Below are positions 43,287-59,451 of a DNA stretch of 64,000 nucleotides, in pieces. The position numbers were made by a program, and so were the translations under genes. This DNA comes from Octopus vulgaris. Taxonomy: Eukaryota. The notes under the pieces were generated by a model that had not been told where the DNA came from, did no database searches, and was given only the letters and a program-made list of their open reading frames with translations. Position 1 is the stretch's first letter. Each line of letters starts with the position of its first letter. The stretch is taken from the NCBI GenBank assembly GCA_951406725.2, contig OX597821.1, positions 102,610,001-102,674,000 of the forward strand, in the 5' to 3' direction.

Positions 43287-44041
43287 ATGTCTGTCTGTCT
43301 GCTTGACTGTCTCTCCGTTTGTCCATCTTCCGTCTGCTTCTCTCTCTCTCTCTCTTTATCTATCTATATGTCTATCAGTCTGTCTTTCTGACTTTGCCTT
43401 TCTTTCATCCTTTCGCGGTCGATAAAATAAGTACCAGTTTAGTACTGGGGTCAATGTAATCCATTCCCAAATTTTAGGACTTGCGCCTTTAGTAGAAAAG
43501 ATACTTAACAGGGACATAAACCAAACAATTCCGTTTGTGAAGCAGTGGAAGAGGGAAAAACACTAACACACACACATACACACACAATCATACAGGTATG
43601 CCTGCGCCTTTATACATACATTATATATATTAGTTTCAAATTTTGCCACAAAGCCAGCAATTTGGGGTGGGGGGAGGATAGACGATTATGCCGACCCCAG
43701 AGTTCCTCTGATCGATAACATATCGCTCTCGAAAGGAAGTAGGGCAAATTAGATTGGCGGAAATTCAATACTTTTTTGGTACTGGAGATCACATACACAC
43801 ACACATAGACACTCAGACGCGCACGAGCACATACCCACACACACACACGCACACACATGCACGCATACACACACACACACACACCCACACACACACACAC
43901 ACACACACATACACACATGTATTTATAGAAAGCTGGTCTCTTGTCCCATCAACAAGAGGCACAGATGACAGCCAGAATACCTTCGTGGTGTCAAAACAGA
44001 TACATAGTTTCAAAGAGACATTTTACTTTCAGTCAAAGCAT

Positions 44042-44121
<80 letters not shown>

Positions 44122-44257
44122 CAAGAGAGAGAGAGCGAGATGTATTGTATGTGTGTGTATATTGCATATGTATATGCTTGCACGCATACATACACACACA
44201 TGCATACACCCACACACACATACACACACATATATATACATGCATATACATATATTT

Positions 44258-44303
<46 letters not shown>

Positions 44304-44319
44304 AAGCATATACAGACAC

Positions 44320-44352
<33 letters not shown>

Positions 44353-44483
44353 TATCCAGAGAGAGAGAGAGAGAGAGAGATGTGGGTGTATATCTCTGCG
44401 TACAAAATTGTGTATATATCTGTCTGCATTTATGTCTTTTCTGTGTATACAAAATCGCGTATAGGTCTGTTTGTGTGTGTGTG

Positions 44484-44526
<43 letters not shown>

Positions 44527-44533
44527 TATATAT

Positions 44534-44572
<39 letters not shown>

Positions 44573-44924
44573 GTTTCACGCATGCATACACACACATATT
44601 TGCATACACACACGCACGCGTGCACACACACATGCACACACACACACACACACACATACACACACATATACGTACACAATCATTTACAAAATGTTGTCAC
44701 TTAGTCTCAGATTCCTCGAACGACAAACTGTGAAATGTGTATTTTCTCTAGAAACTCACAAATTTTTTTGCTATTAAAAACATTCAGAACACATTTAGAA
44801 TACAAACACTCACCATTCTCGACACGTGTGGTCTTTTGTCTTACATTAATAGCCTCAAAACAGGCTATTAATGCAATACAAAGAAAATATCGACTGCAAA
44901 GTCACTATATCCATGCATGTATAC

Positions 44925-44968
<44 letters not shown>

Positions 44969-45233
44969 GATACGCACACACATACATGTATGTGTATATA
45001 TGTTCCTAATTTTCTTTGTTCAAATAATAATAAATACAAGAAAGAACAAGCGATGTTATAGATAAAAATCGTTGGGAAAAAAAACTATCAAAATTATCCC
45101 AAACAATAACTTAAGAATAATATAAATATTTGTATGAAAGCAGCTTAGTAAAAGCACGAAGTTTTAAATTAGATGAGAAAAAGTCTGGGTATAAACAAAC
45201 ATTCTCTCATGCATGTACGTATATTTTTGCATA

Positions 45234-45743
45234 CCGTAAATCCTCGAGTATAGTCCGCTCTTGAGTATAATACGCAGGGGATTTTTAGGGGCTGTACCTC
45301 TGAAAAACCTAAACCTTGTGTATAATACACACCCCTTCGCTATCTTGAGTCAAGGAGGTCTATATAACGTCCTTGGTTTGTAAAAATGTATACGGTAACG
45401 TCCTTTATTATTATTGTATATATAACACAATGCAAACGTGTAGCCTTTTTGTGCATTTTGTTTGCAGAAAATAAAGAAATAACAGTAATAACGCTTAATA
45501 AATGTTGCTTATTGCAAGTTATGGATGATTCTTTTATGACTTCATTGCTTTCAGGCTTAGCTTAAGGTATTTTCGTGCCCGACATCACAAAATGCGTCTG
45601 AATAAACATTGCCGGACAGCAAATAGAGACTTGGACATTGCTTAGAAAATATTTTTCATTTTTAACCTCGTATATAATACGCACTAGGTATTTATACCTT
45701 TAAATTTTGGGGAAAAAATGCGGATTATACTCGAAGATTTTCG

Positions 45744-45744
<1 letters not shown>
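45234..45744. mobile_element. pogo/Tigger-like MITE
   Basis: TIRs ccgtaaatcctcgagtatagtccgc / gcggattatactcgaagattttcgg; internal tataatacgca repeats. Confidence 0.75.
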
Positions 45745-45797
<53 letters not shown>

Positions 45798-45874
45798 TTT
45801 AAAAGTGTTTCAGCTGCAAAGCTGCGGTCATGCTGGAGCACCACCATTGACTGTGCTACACCATTATTTGGAAC

Positions 45875-46070
45875 CTTATCTAATATGTGGCATTTGGTCA
45901 ATGAGCGGGGTTTGATGCTGCTGCCCTCATCTGTTTCCTGCCGTGAGGTAGGCTCGTCTGGAACCCGTAAAGGAAGAGATCCAGTTTTGTTTTAAAGACA
46001 CTTACATCCACACCATACAGGTCTCTGAGGCATTTTGGAAGGATATTAAAGAGCTGTAGGCCCTTGAAGC
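45875..46070 (-). mobile_element. CR1-group LINE 3' coding end, second family
   Basis: FKGLQLFNILPKCLRDLYGVDVSVFKTKLDLFL..VPDEP. Confidence 0.7.
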
Positions 46071-46356
46071 ACAAGATATTGCGATAAAGATTAATTTATT
46101 AATTAAACAATATATTCACCAACAATTGTTTCATTCCACAAACAAAATTAAAATTACAAAACATACACAAATATATAATTCTGCATTTTAAATACCTCGT
46201 AAAATCATCAGGGTGTGCAGAGGACAATAAGGATTACATCAAGATACTTTAGGAATCCACAGAATATACAGACATATATATGTATGTGTATACGTATAGA
46301 CATGTGTATATATATATATATATATGCGTATATATGTATATATATGTATATATATG

Positions 46357-46430
<74 letters not shown>

Positions 46431-46623
46431 TGTATATACATATATACATGTATATCATTCAACTACGGTAGTAGTTGAATAATATTCTTAAGGCTGCGAT
46501 TTACTCACACGCAGCATCTTCAGAGCTTTGTCGCTAATTCAGTTCCCAACCAAATTGAAAACTGTCAGCATTTTTGAAGACAACTGGTCCCTAGCTACTA
46601 TGTGTGTATATATACGTGTATAA

Positions 46624-46690
<67 letters not shown>

Positions 46691-47000
46691 CATACATTTA
46701 TTTCAAGGCTTGCTTGGAGATACATGGTGTCTTTTATATATATATATATATATATATATGCCTACTTGAAGTGCCATTAAAATATGAAACTGTTTGTAGC
46801 TCTTTCGGTTGTGCATCAAACTGATATTTATCGCTCACTGGGTGGAGTATTTTTTTTGTTGATTTACCTGTATTGGATCTATCTTTAAACTACATCTCCA
46901 CACACACATACACACACACATGATCTTAAGAATATTATTTCTCTTACTCGCATTTTTCCATGAAATATATATACGTGTAAATATATATATATATATATTT

Positions 47001-47194
47001 GTGACCTCGTGTGTACCGTTGGCGATTTTTTTCCTCTGTCTTCCCTTCTCTGGATCTTTCCTTCTCCTATGTTTTCGACGAAGAGCTCCGCTCGAAACGT
47101 TAAACCTACCTTCTTTCCTGAGCGTCCAATAATACTATATTTGTTCCACGCCCTCGCGTTGTTGTGTTTTTTTGTGCTTTCTTGTTTGGATTAG

Positions 47195-47195
<1 letters not shown>
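47001..47195 (+). mobile_element. Family A element
   Basis: TCGACGAAGAGCTCCGCTCGAAACGTTAAAC from 47075; TA-rich tracts on both sides. Confidence 0.75.
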
Positions 47196-47232
<37 letters not shown>

Positions 47233-47251
47233 GTGTGTGTATACATATATG

Positions 47252-47308
<57 letters not shown>

Positions 47309-47355
47309 TTATATATATATATATTAAGTGTGTATGTGTGTGTGTATCAATCCTT

Positions 47356-47525
47356 TCTGCTATTGGCACAAGGACTTAAATTTTGGAGAAGGAGACTAAT
47401 CGATTACATTGACCACAGTGTTTCACCGGCACTTAATTTAATGACCCTGAAAGGATGAAAGGCAAAGTCGACCACGGCGAAATTTGAACTCAGAACGTAG
47501 CGGGTGACGAAATATCGCTAAGCAT
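47356..47525 (-). mobile_element. S2-related SINE (further degenerate copies at about 1-56, 8700-8866, 9265-9400, 17035-17222, 43390-43500, 53935-54050)
   Basis: gaaaggatgaaaggcaaagtcgacc..atttgaactcagaacg motif. Confidence 0.75.
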
Positions 47526-47766
47526 CTATCTATGTATATTAATGAACGTAGAAGAAACAGAAATAAGAAGATTGAAAAGGTAGTAATAGAAAAATCTTTT
47601 GTATACTAGAGTATATTTGAAAAAGTGATGAAGATTGACTTTTCTGATGATTATTTTCCACTGCCATGACTTTATTTACAAATACGATGATTTGTAAACA
47701 TTTAATTTATTAAACTGGAAAATAATTATCAAAGTCATTCTTCACTTTTTCAAATATAAAAGTGTA

Positions 47767-47855
<89 letters not shown>

Positions 47856-48954
47856 ATAATGTATATACACACACACACATGTAGGTATAATGTATATATA
47901 TAGGGTACGCTGAATAAGCTGTCACCTAAATTACGCAAAAATGAAAATTACACTGATATATCAGTTTAACAGATACAATGTGAAGTATGTTTGTCTGTGC
48001 TTTGTTTAGCTCAGAATTGCCTCTGATATAGCAGACCCATCGCACAGTTTTCTTTCTTTTCTTCCTGAAATACTGTAAATCTGTGTCTTTCTTTTGATGA
48101 AAGAGTGTGTTTTAAGAGAGATTTGACTGCTATTTGTAGTAACTCAAGTTACCACAGAGACACCTTTGTGTGTGTGTGTTTTGCTGAGGTGAAAAAAATA
48201 CTTTATCGCAGAATATTTCGCACAATAATTTTTAATGAAATCCGGACAACTTTCTTATTGCTAGCCATTCAAATTACAATTGTTAATGTTGAACGTCAAG
48301 TAGACTGAGATGTTACCCTATAGAGTTTGTACTCATTATTCTGCCCATAAGAAAGGAACAAATAATATATTTTGTACGAAGTTTTGAACTCATTATCTTG
48401 TGGTTAGTAATCCATTACCTTAAATTTGAAACCATTAAATCTTTGAACATTATTTTACTGGATTTAGTCTTTTGTCTGTCGCTATGATGGGGCATCGCCT
48501 TCAAAAATTTAATTGATCATACTGACCTCAGTACATATTTCAATTTGGCATTTATTTTATAGATCTCTGCTTGATGAACTGCTACTTTGAGACATAGTGG
48601 GACACAATACTCGATTTAATAACAAATGTACACACACACACACATATATTAGGTGCAACAATGACTGTATGGTTGAGAAGTTTGCTTCCCAACCACATGG
48701 TTCCATGTTCAGTCACTCTGCATGGTACCTTGGGCAAATATTTTTTACTATAGCCCTAGGCCAACCACAGATTTCTGATTGAATTTGGTAGATGGAAACT
48801 GCAGCTTTGTTCATCAGAAAATGACTGAAAAACATGTTTATAAAGAAGAGTTGTTTGCTTCATACCCTTCGCGTGCCGATTCTGCCCATAAGAAAGGAAC
48901 AAATAATACAATGTGGCTCTAGGTCATAACACCCGGGCGACGCATTGTTAGTAT

Positions 48955-49111
48955 AGGAGTGGCTGTGTGGTAAGTAGCTTGCTAACCAACCACATGGTTC
49001 CGGGTTCAGTCCCACTGAGTGGCATCTTGGGCAAGTGTCTTCTGCTATAGCCCCGGGGAGACCAATGCCTTATGAGTGGATTTGGCTAACGGAAACTGAA
49101 AGAAGCCTGTC

Positions 49112-49159
<48 letters not shown>

Positions 49160-49340
49160 TTGTGTGTCTGTGTTTGTTCCCCTAGCATTGCTTGACAACC
49201 GATGCTGGTGTGTTTACGTCCCCATCACTTAGCGGTTCAAAGAGACCGATAGAATAAGTCCCAGGGTCGAGTTGCTCGACTGAAGGCGGTGCTCCAGCAT
49301 GGCCGCAGTCAAATGACTGAAACAAGTCAAAGAGTAAAAG

Positions 49341-49341
<1 letters not shown>
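48955..49341 (+). mobile_element. SINE S1, near full length (a second head lies at about 48650-48800)
   Basis: Homology to 18411-18835. Confidence 0.9.
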
Positions 49342-49421
<80 letters not shown>

Positions 49422-50368
49422 TATATATACATATGTATAGATACACACACAAACACACACACACAGCTCACATATATACATACGTAGGTTCACTGACTGT
49501 CTAGCAATTGCACGAGGACATAGAAACACACGCGATGACGAAAAAGCGCAGTGCAAGACCGCCCTGGCGTGATGGGCCTTTATTATTTGTTAGAATATCT
49601 GCCTAGCAAAAAGGGTTTTTCCTCTAGTTGCCCTACCCAATGTTGGGCTAAGGAGAGGAAAGCTCCTCCGTCTGAAAAATGAATACTGTTCTGTGCGCCA
49701 TTTATTTACTATGAGCAATGCCATGCCCAGGAATTTCTTGGAAAAATACTTTCGAAAAATAGTCCAGCAGCGTTGGGTAGTCGCATAGTGACGCATAAAG
49801 ACTGGCTTGACCACTGGAAATATGTAATTATAAACATGTACGTACATAACTTGTGATATTTGAATTCTTTCTTTTCCATAGCATTCTTATAGAGGGAGGT
49901 AACATACTTCACGTTGTGAACCTAAATAGTCAATTCTAGGAATTGTTAAAGATGGTCGAAACAGAGCTTGTCTAATTCTGCAACTGTTCAGCTCTTCCAC
50001 GGCCGCTGTGGTGGGGTGGTTGTCATCTTTTTGCGGGTTTCCATTGGAACATCCGAGAAATTTTTCCAATTTTCTGAGGAATAGTATTGGAACACGAATT
50101 GACGTTTCCAACATTTATATCATATCATATATCATATCGTATCGTATCATATCATATCGTATCATAACATATCATATATATATCATATCATATACGTATC
50201 ATAACATATCATATATATATATCATAGCATAGCATATATATATATATGGGTGTGTGTGTATATATATATATATATATATGAACATATATACACACACAGA
50301 CGTGCGTATATGTATATGTGCGTGCATATATGTTTACATATATAAGAACATAAATGTATATATTTATG

Positions 50369-50426
<58 letters not shown>

Positions 50427-50899
50427 CACACACACCACCTTCATTCTTTCTCTTTTCTCAGACACATTCAACGTTCACCCTCACATTTACTCAAATAAAA
50501 AAAAATGGTTGCAACAAAACAACAATATTGATTTCGCATTCTCCCCCCCCACCTCCGCCGCCCCATGCAATTCTTAGTTTCACACGAATTAACAAACGGC
50601 AACAACAACAAAACGAAGACCAACAAAAACAACACGAACAACACGATCGACATCAAAATAAGAAGTGTCACAAAAGCATATCCGCATAACTGAAACGCGA
50701 ATAAACATGGCGCATAATTTCTTGGCGGGGTCGGTTGCCGTGTCAGTCATTTTTTCTGTGTTATTCTTGCCTGTTTTAGAAATATTTACTTACAGCCTCC
50801 TCCTCCTCCTCCTCCTCCTCCTCCTCCTCCTCCACCACCACCACCACCACCACTACTACCACCCCCGCCAACACCACCATCACTACCACCATCATCGCA

Positions 50900-50967
<68 letters not shown>

Positions 50968-51094
50968 CAGCCCTACCAGCACCACCATCACTACCACCTT
51001 CATCACAACTACTACTATTAGACCATAACCCTTATGACTACCCATCACTACTACTTTCAACAGTAATGATGATAGTGATGGTGTTTAATTTTGG

Positions 51095-51880
51095 CTTAAG
51101 GCAAATTTGGCAGGAGGAGGAGGGGATAATCTACTATGTAGACCCCTGTACTTCACTCGTACTTTATTTCATCGACCCGAAAGGCTGAAAGGCAAATGTT
51201 AACCTCGGCGGCATTTGAACTCAGAACATAGAGAGCTGATAGACATATTACTAAGCATTTTGTCTGGAATGCTAACGATTCTACCAGTTCGCCGCCTTAT
51301 ATTTGTCAATAACTATTTTTCCACTACAGACACAATATCTGGAATTCGTGGGAGTTGGTCAGTCGATTACATCGACCCCAATCTTCAACTGGTACTTATT
51401 TTATCGACCACGAAACGATTAAAATCAAAGTTGACTTCGACGGAATTTGAACTCAGCTTGTGAAGAGCCGGGATAAATATTATAGACACGAAGCCTGAAA
51501 TTCGAGGGGGGTAGTCAGTCGATTACATCGACCCCAGTCTTCAAACGGTACTTATTTTATCGGCCACGAAACGATTAAAATCAAAGTTGACATCGACGGG
51601 ATTTGAACTCAGCTTGTAAAGAACCGAGACATAAGTCGCAAGGCATTTTGTTCGACGATCCAACAATTCTTCCAAATTTCTAAGAGAGGGTTAGGACTAG
51701 TTTTTTAAGGAGTTAGTCTGTTAATTCGACTCCAGTACTTGCCACGAACTTTATTTATCGATCCTGGAAGGACAAAGGGCAAAGTTGATCCCGGCAGGAT
51801 TTGAACTCAGGATGTAAAGAGATAAAACGTATATCTCGAAGCGTTTTACCCGCTGTCATGAAGAGTCTACCAAATTTCTA
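51095..51880 (-). mobile_element. Older tandem run of about four S2-related units
   Basis: Repeated atcgacccc..gtacttattttatcg..aaagttgac..atttgaactcag blocks. Confidence 0.7.
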
Positions 51881-51938
51881 AGATATGCACGAAGCCAGTA
51901 TTTTCGCAATAGCAACCAGGCGGTGAAAAACAGCTTAC

Positions 51939-52005
51939 CCTTCACGATCGGTGGAAGGCGCTGGGAGATCTTCATGTTGGATTTAGCTGGTAGCCCCGGA
52001 TTCAT
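51939..52005 (-). CDS. Candidate first coding segment of a spliced host gene (exon 52119-51939; MNPGLPAKSNMKISQRLPPIVK, phase-1 donor); product unknown
   Basis: Unique, relatively GC-rich sequence. On the minus strand: acceptor ggtgtttaattcAG| (AG at 52121-52120), in-frame TAG upstream of ATG at 52005, 22 open codons, donor GAAGG|GTAAGC (GT at 51938-51937). Alternative acceptor cccgcttttAG at 52009-52008. No further exon identified. Confidence 0.4.
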
Positions 52006-53585
52006 TCCTAAAAGCGGGCCGGCAGCTGTTTGGTATAACTATATGTGCCAATAATACTTAGTCAATGAATTAAATAATGATGAGAGCAGGATAGACGCGG
52101 AAACGTGGCTCTCCGAAATCTGAATTAAACACCAAAGTCATAATCAAAATTTACAAAAGAGACAAAATACGGTGATTTATAATGATCCCAATAAAGTTAA
52201 TTCCTAAAAAAAAAAATTGTAGGTTTTACGATCAATATATTATGAAGACGAGAAACTGATCGTTTAAGAAAAAAACAAAACAACGAAGCAAACTGTTGAA
52301 TATAATTTATAAGAGCATAAAACTATTTCATGAAGTACAACAAATAATATTTTATGGCTTTCAAGTGAGTATTGCACAAAAGATATTGTTTAAGCAGTAA
52401 TTAATATTTGCATAGATGAGAAACAGCGAGCAGTGAGCATTTCATATATACAAAACAAAATGAAACGAACCAATGTTATTTAAAACCAGATCAACAATGC
52501 TTAAAGACAAATTAAATCGCAATAAAAATACTTGCGGACGAATAATGGTGCTTAGTGAATGTCGAAGTGTGACTTTGTTGCTGGTTCGTTATTCAACGTG
52601 AAACAATATAACAAAACTCATATTCTATAGTTGGGGCTCTCTAACCAGAGTAAGTGTACCTCTAGGGGTACGCAAGAGAAATTGTGGGGACTCGTGAGGT
52701 TTATAAAAACACTGGTATTCTGAATAATCTCTACTAACTAAATACAGCTACTGGGTCTAAAAAATATCTATAATTATGTTCCTATTGTTTTATGGTTGAA
52801 AACATCACTACAAACTCTTGAGAACTAAAGTTTTCAGCAATATTTATAACCAAAGACAAATTTCTTCAAAGACTTGGAATTAAAAAATGATATACAGGTG
52901 TATCTTTCCGAAACTGTTTAAAATAGAGTTATTAGAAGTGGCCAAACTAATGTAGCTTATTAAATTAAATTAAATTGATTTCTTACATAATTACAAGGCC
53001 AGAAAAGAATGGGCGGGGATTCTTGGACAAGTGGTGAAGGAGAGAAAAGATGTTGCCAGGCGAATGAGAAAGCAAGCCATTGGACAAGTGGTGTACAAAG
53101 AGTGAGCATTGAAACACACTTATAGAGCGATCTTACAAATGTAAGCACTGGCAGAAACACACCTTTAGCTCATATAAGTGATTTATACCAGTCTCTAAAG
53201 TTTGAACATTTAGTTCAGCTTGCAATTTACTTCTATAGAGAAATCTACTTCCAAGCCTTTGAACCTTTCTTTAACCAATATATCTCTCTTTATTTGTTCT
53301 CTACTTATTATTTCTTTACCCCTTCTCTTCTTAGGGTCTGCCTTTGACGTCGGATCTACTAACGGTTTTTTAAACATACTTAATAGCGTTCTGTTTATCA
53401 TTTATGCAGTCATCAAAATTGTTATAATGTCTTATTGTTGAGATATGTTCTCTTTCTTTCCTAATGAGAAGATTGCATTATTTTACACAGTTTATTCCTT
53501 TGGAATAAAACCAGTATTGTCTTCGAAACATATGTCGAAAGTAAAAGAATTTGAATAACATCTGCGTTCAACTACATTTATTTAC

Positions 53586-53628
<43 letters not shown>

Positions 53629-53725
53629 AATATATGTATATATATATATGTATATATTATTTATATTATTTATATTATTTATATTATTATATGATTGAAT
53701 GCCACGCATCCCCTTCCAAGTAAGT

Positions 53726-53757
<32 letters not shown>

Positions 53758-54713
53758 TACATAAAAAATATACATAGATATATACACACGCATGTATAGA
53801 TGTGTGTGCGTGTTTGACGACTTCTTATAGGGATAGATAGATAGATAGATAGATAGAGAGAAACAGAGACAGACAGACAGACAGAGAGAAATATCTATCT
53901 TAGTTAATGACTAGCAAATTATCCGCCATCGCCCGGTCCGAAAAGATGAAAATCAAATCTAACCTCATAGGAATTTGAACTTACAGCACACAGAGCCAGA
54001 ACTAATACCAGCAAACACCCTCGCTCTAACGACTCGGCCAACTCTGCGCTTTGAGTAAATACCGAATGTTAAAATTGGAACAACGATAGCAGTAGTAGCA
54101 GTGAAGCAAGAGAAACGACACAGCATGATTGAGAGAAGGACGGTGTGAGGGCCATTATCTTTTTCTAGGATTTTAAACGTTATCAAAATATTAGCAATGG
54201 AAAATAAAATAATACAAATCAGATATTGACACTTGTCAGAAAGTCATGTGACCTTCGTGAACCATAAAGTCAGAAAGTGTCACAGAAGAATGCCATGATG
54301 AGTTAAGAGGAATTAGAAGAAGAAGTAAAACTCTACTTGCGACCGTTGTCATTTGCGGGTTGAATTGCTGGGTATCATTGGCTGATTCTGAAATTATCTA
54401 ACCAATCAAAATTGACCATGTTTTGATTTTCAATTTAACATTGAATTTATGCCCTGAGAGGGACGGATTATTATGTGTGATTTCTTCATTTATCTAAACA
54501 AGGGACGCAGGATAATTTCTTTAATCACCAAGTGACATTGTAAAACAACAATGCCCACATACGCATGCGCAAACAAACGCACGCATGTTACATACATATA
54601 TATATATCATTACAAGGATATATATGTATCTGTGATGTATATAACCGTAGCTGTTGCAAACTGTATGTATGTGTGCTTGTTTTCATGTTAAGTACGTACG
54701 TACATACGTATGG

Positions 54714-54846
<133 letters not shown>

Positions 54847-55052
54847 CTTCTAACTGACTGCATGTGTTTGTCTGTGTGCGAGGTTTAAGTGAGTGTGTAT
54901 AATATATATATCGGCAAAATGTGACTGATAGGATAGGTACCACACACATAAAAAAATGTACTTGGAACAATTCATTCGGTTAAAAATTCTTCAAGACGGT
55001 ACCCCAGCATGGCCGCAGTCTAATGACTAAAACAAGTAAAAGGTAAAACGTA

Positions 55053-55766
<714 letters not shown>

Positions 55767-55937
55767 ATAGTATATTATAAGCTTAAAGCTTATAAACGAT
55801 CACCTAATGGGGCATATCAGCCCTTGACGGAACAAAGTAGGTTTTCCCGTACGCGTACATGTATATATATATATAAAATTAAATTAGAGATAAAACCACT
55901 ATTAGGCAAATCAAACTGAAAATCATAAACCAATACA

Positions 55938-55989
<52 letters not shown>

Positions 55990-56080
55990 GATCCATACAT
56001 ACGTACACTGACGCGTGAGCACACATATACGTATATGCATGCATATATGCACACACACATACATATGCATATAGCACATG

Positions 56081-56620
56081 CAGTAATACCTCACTTTACA
56101 AGACCCCGGGTTTACGAGTTTTATTTTATCATATCTCATGTGCAAGACCCAAATTTTGAATGAAGTGCAAACATTTCTACTCTTATAGCAAATGCTCCTG
56201 CAGGATACCGAGAAATTTACAGAGAGCGAAAAGGCTTCTTCTAAGCAAACAACGCTAGACTTGATTTTTAAAATGAGATCTGCAAGTCCGTCTACGAGTG
56301 CTTGTGAATCAGCGATCGCGTCTACAAGTGACGGTGTGCACGAGTCTAGTTCGAGTGAAAGTGCTTCAGAAGACGATAATAATAATAATAATAATTTTAA
56401 ATTATAAATGATCTTGACATTCTTTTTGCTTTATATAAAATATTATTTACATTCTACTGTTTTTTTAATGTCCATTTATTTACGAGTATTATCAATTTTA
56501 TAGGTAAAATATTTTTCTGGGAACGAATTACAATTTATAACATTGCTACTATGGAAAAGTATCGCTCTGCTTTACGAGTGATCTCCGGGAACAAATTAAC
56601 TCGTATATCGAGTCATTACT
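56081..56620. mobile_element. pogo/Tigger-like MITE, degenerate
   Basis: cagtaatacctcactttacaag / ctcgtatatcgagtcattact ends; repeated tttacgagt. Confidence 0.55.
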
Positions 56621-57036
56621 CTTTTACTCTTTTACTTGTTTCAGTCATTTGATTGTGGCCATGCTGGAGTACCGCTTTTAGTCGAGCAAATCGACCCCAG
56701 GACTTATTCTTTGTAAGCCTATTACTTATTCTATTTGTCTCATTTGCCGAACCGCTAAGTTACGTGGACGTAAACACAACAGCATCGGTTTTCAAGCGAT
56801 GTTGGGGGGACAAACACAGACACACAAACATGTACACACACGTACATATATATATATATATATACATATATACGACGGGCTTCTTTCAGTTTCCGTCTAC
56901 CAAATCCACTCACAAAGCTTTGGTCGACCCAAGGCTATAGTAGAATACACTAGCCGAAAGTGCCACGCAGTGGGACTGAACCTGGAACCATGTGGTTGGT
57001 AAGCAAGCTACTTACCACACAGCCACTCCTACGCCT
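56619..57036 (-). mobile_element. SINE S1, full length
   Basis: Reverse-complement homology to 18411-18835. Confidence 0.9.
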
Positions 57037-57235
57037 GTATACTTTATATACACATATAGCGTGTGTTTATATACATATATTATGAACGCATATCTACAGC
57101 TCTCTCTTTCCTTCTATATATATATATATACACACCTACAAACACATACAATATACATATACATACATAGATCTCTACATGTATATTTATGCGTGCGTAC
57201 ATTTACAAAATCATACGTGCACACAAACTCACATG

Positions 57236-57282
<47 letters not shown>

Positions 57283-57735
57283 AAAAAAAAAAACACACAC
57301 ACACACATTACCATAGCGTTAATATTTGCAGACTGCAAAATAACTCCACTCAATTGCAGGTGTTCCAGCAACCGAGTTATTATATAAGTAAGAGAAAAGA
57401 TAACTTTATACTTAAAACATATATATATATATATATAAATATATTCATTGATATTTGTCTCATTCCAAAAGAGGAAATTCCTGAAACCTCAGGGAATCTC
57501 GTAGCAATGACAGCAGGTAGTTACCGAGGTAACTTTTAAAGATAGGTAAAGTAATACATAGAAACGGAACGATAAGCCATGTTCAGGAAATTAAAAATCA
57601 AACATGACTAGAAATGGCCGTTAATGAACGTAATTAGTTTTCACTTTATTTATTATTTGCAAATCATTGCTATATGGTGATTTGAAATCGATGTAATCTA
57701 CTCTGCCATTAGGAAATATATATAGGAATAATATA

Positions 57736-57766
<31 letters not shown>

Positions 57767-57771
57767 GCATA

Positions 57772-57819
<48 letters not shown>

Positions 57820-58065
57820 CAGACACATATATTACATATATATATATTTATATATATACGCATACACACACACACATATATATATATGTATATATATATA
57901 TAAATACGCTTATATATAGACATACATACTCGTATCTACATGCATAAAAATAGCCATATATACGTAGCTATATGCATATATATAACATATTCTATCTTTA
58001 TACACACACACATATTCATGTAAGCATATAAGTATACACATATACTTATACATATAAGCATATAC

Positions 58066-58108
<43 letters not shown>

Positions 58109-58169
58109 AATATATATTTATATATCTTTGTCTATCTGTCTATCAATTTTTATATAATTGATATATAAT

Positions 58170-58257
<88 letters not shown>

Positions 58258-58787
58258 CTCTATCTCTCTATTTTTACATATACACACACAGACACACACG
58301 CACACACATACACACACACGCGTGTGGTGTGAGTATGTGCGTGACTTTTGCTGCGTTGACAAAACGGGAAACGACCTCTCTACTATGAATTACGAAGCTT
58401 TCAAGATTACCAACGAAGTCTGTCAAATACAAATGTGATAAACAGCGGTAGCCGCTTAAGTGATGTTTTACCTGAGCTAAATTCGATGGCCAGGAAGCGG
58501 CTTGTCACTCTACTGTAATGATATTCGCCGTGAGATGGTGTTCAGCAGGTAGTGTGTTCTATTTCCGTAGGCGATTCTGGGTATTTATTTACGTCTTTCA
58601 CTCTGCCTTTGAATGTAGTCAATTCTTGATAATAATGTTATTTCGAAATATATTATAACAGTGAATAGCAAGAAGCTATAGGGAGAGCTGAATAACAGGA
58701 TGTTTTTCGGGAGAAGCACCTCTCATGTGTGAGGTTTCTCCTCTGAAGATCTGCCGTTCAGTTCTCAAACAATATTTCTGTTCGTCT

Positions 58788-59270
58788 AAGGCGGCGTGCT
58801 GGCAGAAACGTTAGCACGCCTGGAGAAATGCTTAGCAGTATTTCGTCTGCCGTTACGTTCTGAGTTCGAATTCCGCCGAGGTCGACTTTGCTTTTCATCC
58901 TTTCGGGGTCGATAAATTAAGTTCCAATTACTCACTGGGGTCGATGTAATCGACTTAATCCCTTTGTCTGTCCTTGTTTGTTCCCTCTATGTTCAGCCCC
59001 TTGTGGCAATAAAGAAATAAGAAACGTTAGCACGCCGAGCGAAATACTTATCGCTACTTCGTCAGTTTTTACGTTCTGAGTTCAAATTCCGCCGAAGTCG
59101 ACTTTGCTGTTCATCCTTTCAGAGACAATAAATCAAGGACCAGTTGCATACTGGGGTCGATCTAATCGACTGATCTCCCCCCCACCCAATTTTGTTCTCC
59201 CCTAATAGAAAAGCTCTACATTGTAATTTGTCCCGTCTGAGTTCAGCCCTGTGTGACTAATAAAGAAACA
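58788..59270 (+). mobile_element. S2 SINE dimer
   Basis: Head aaggcggcgtgctggcagaaacgttagc; second unit restarts at gaaacgttagcacgcc (59021). Confidence 0.85.
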
Positions 59271-59289
59271 TATCTATCCATCTATCTGC

Positions 59290-59393
<104 letters not shown>

Positions 59394-59394
59394 A

Positions 59395-59451
<57 letters not shown>

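Noticed and set aside
49560-50110. Possible decayed mariner-like transposase on the minus strand
   Set aside because: Only vague similarity; no WVP, DETW or YSPD motif and no TIR.
52628-52950. hAT/Charlie-like MITE start; also Helitron-like ends near 2915 and 48930 and a piggyBac-like end near 59805
   Set aside because: Only one degenerate terminus visible in each case; not enough to call.
58471-58512. Possible ~41-nt minus-strand micro-exon (cAG...cag|GTAAAA)
   Set aside because: Weak polypyrimidine tract; such pairs are expected by chance.
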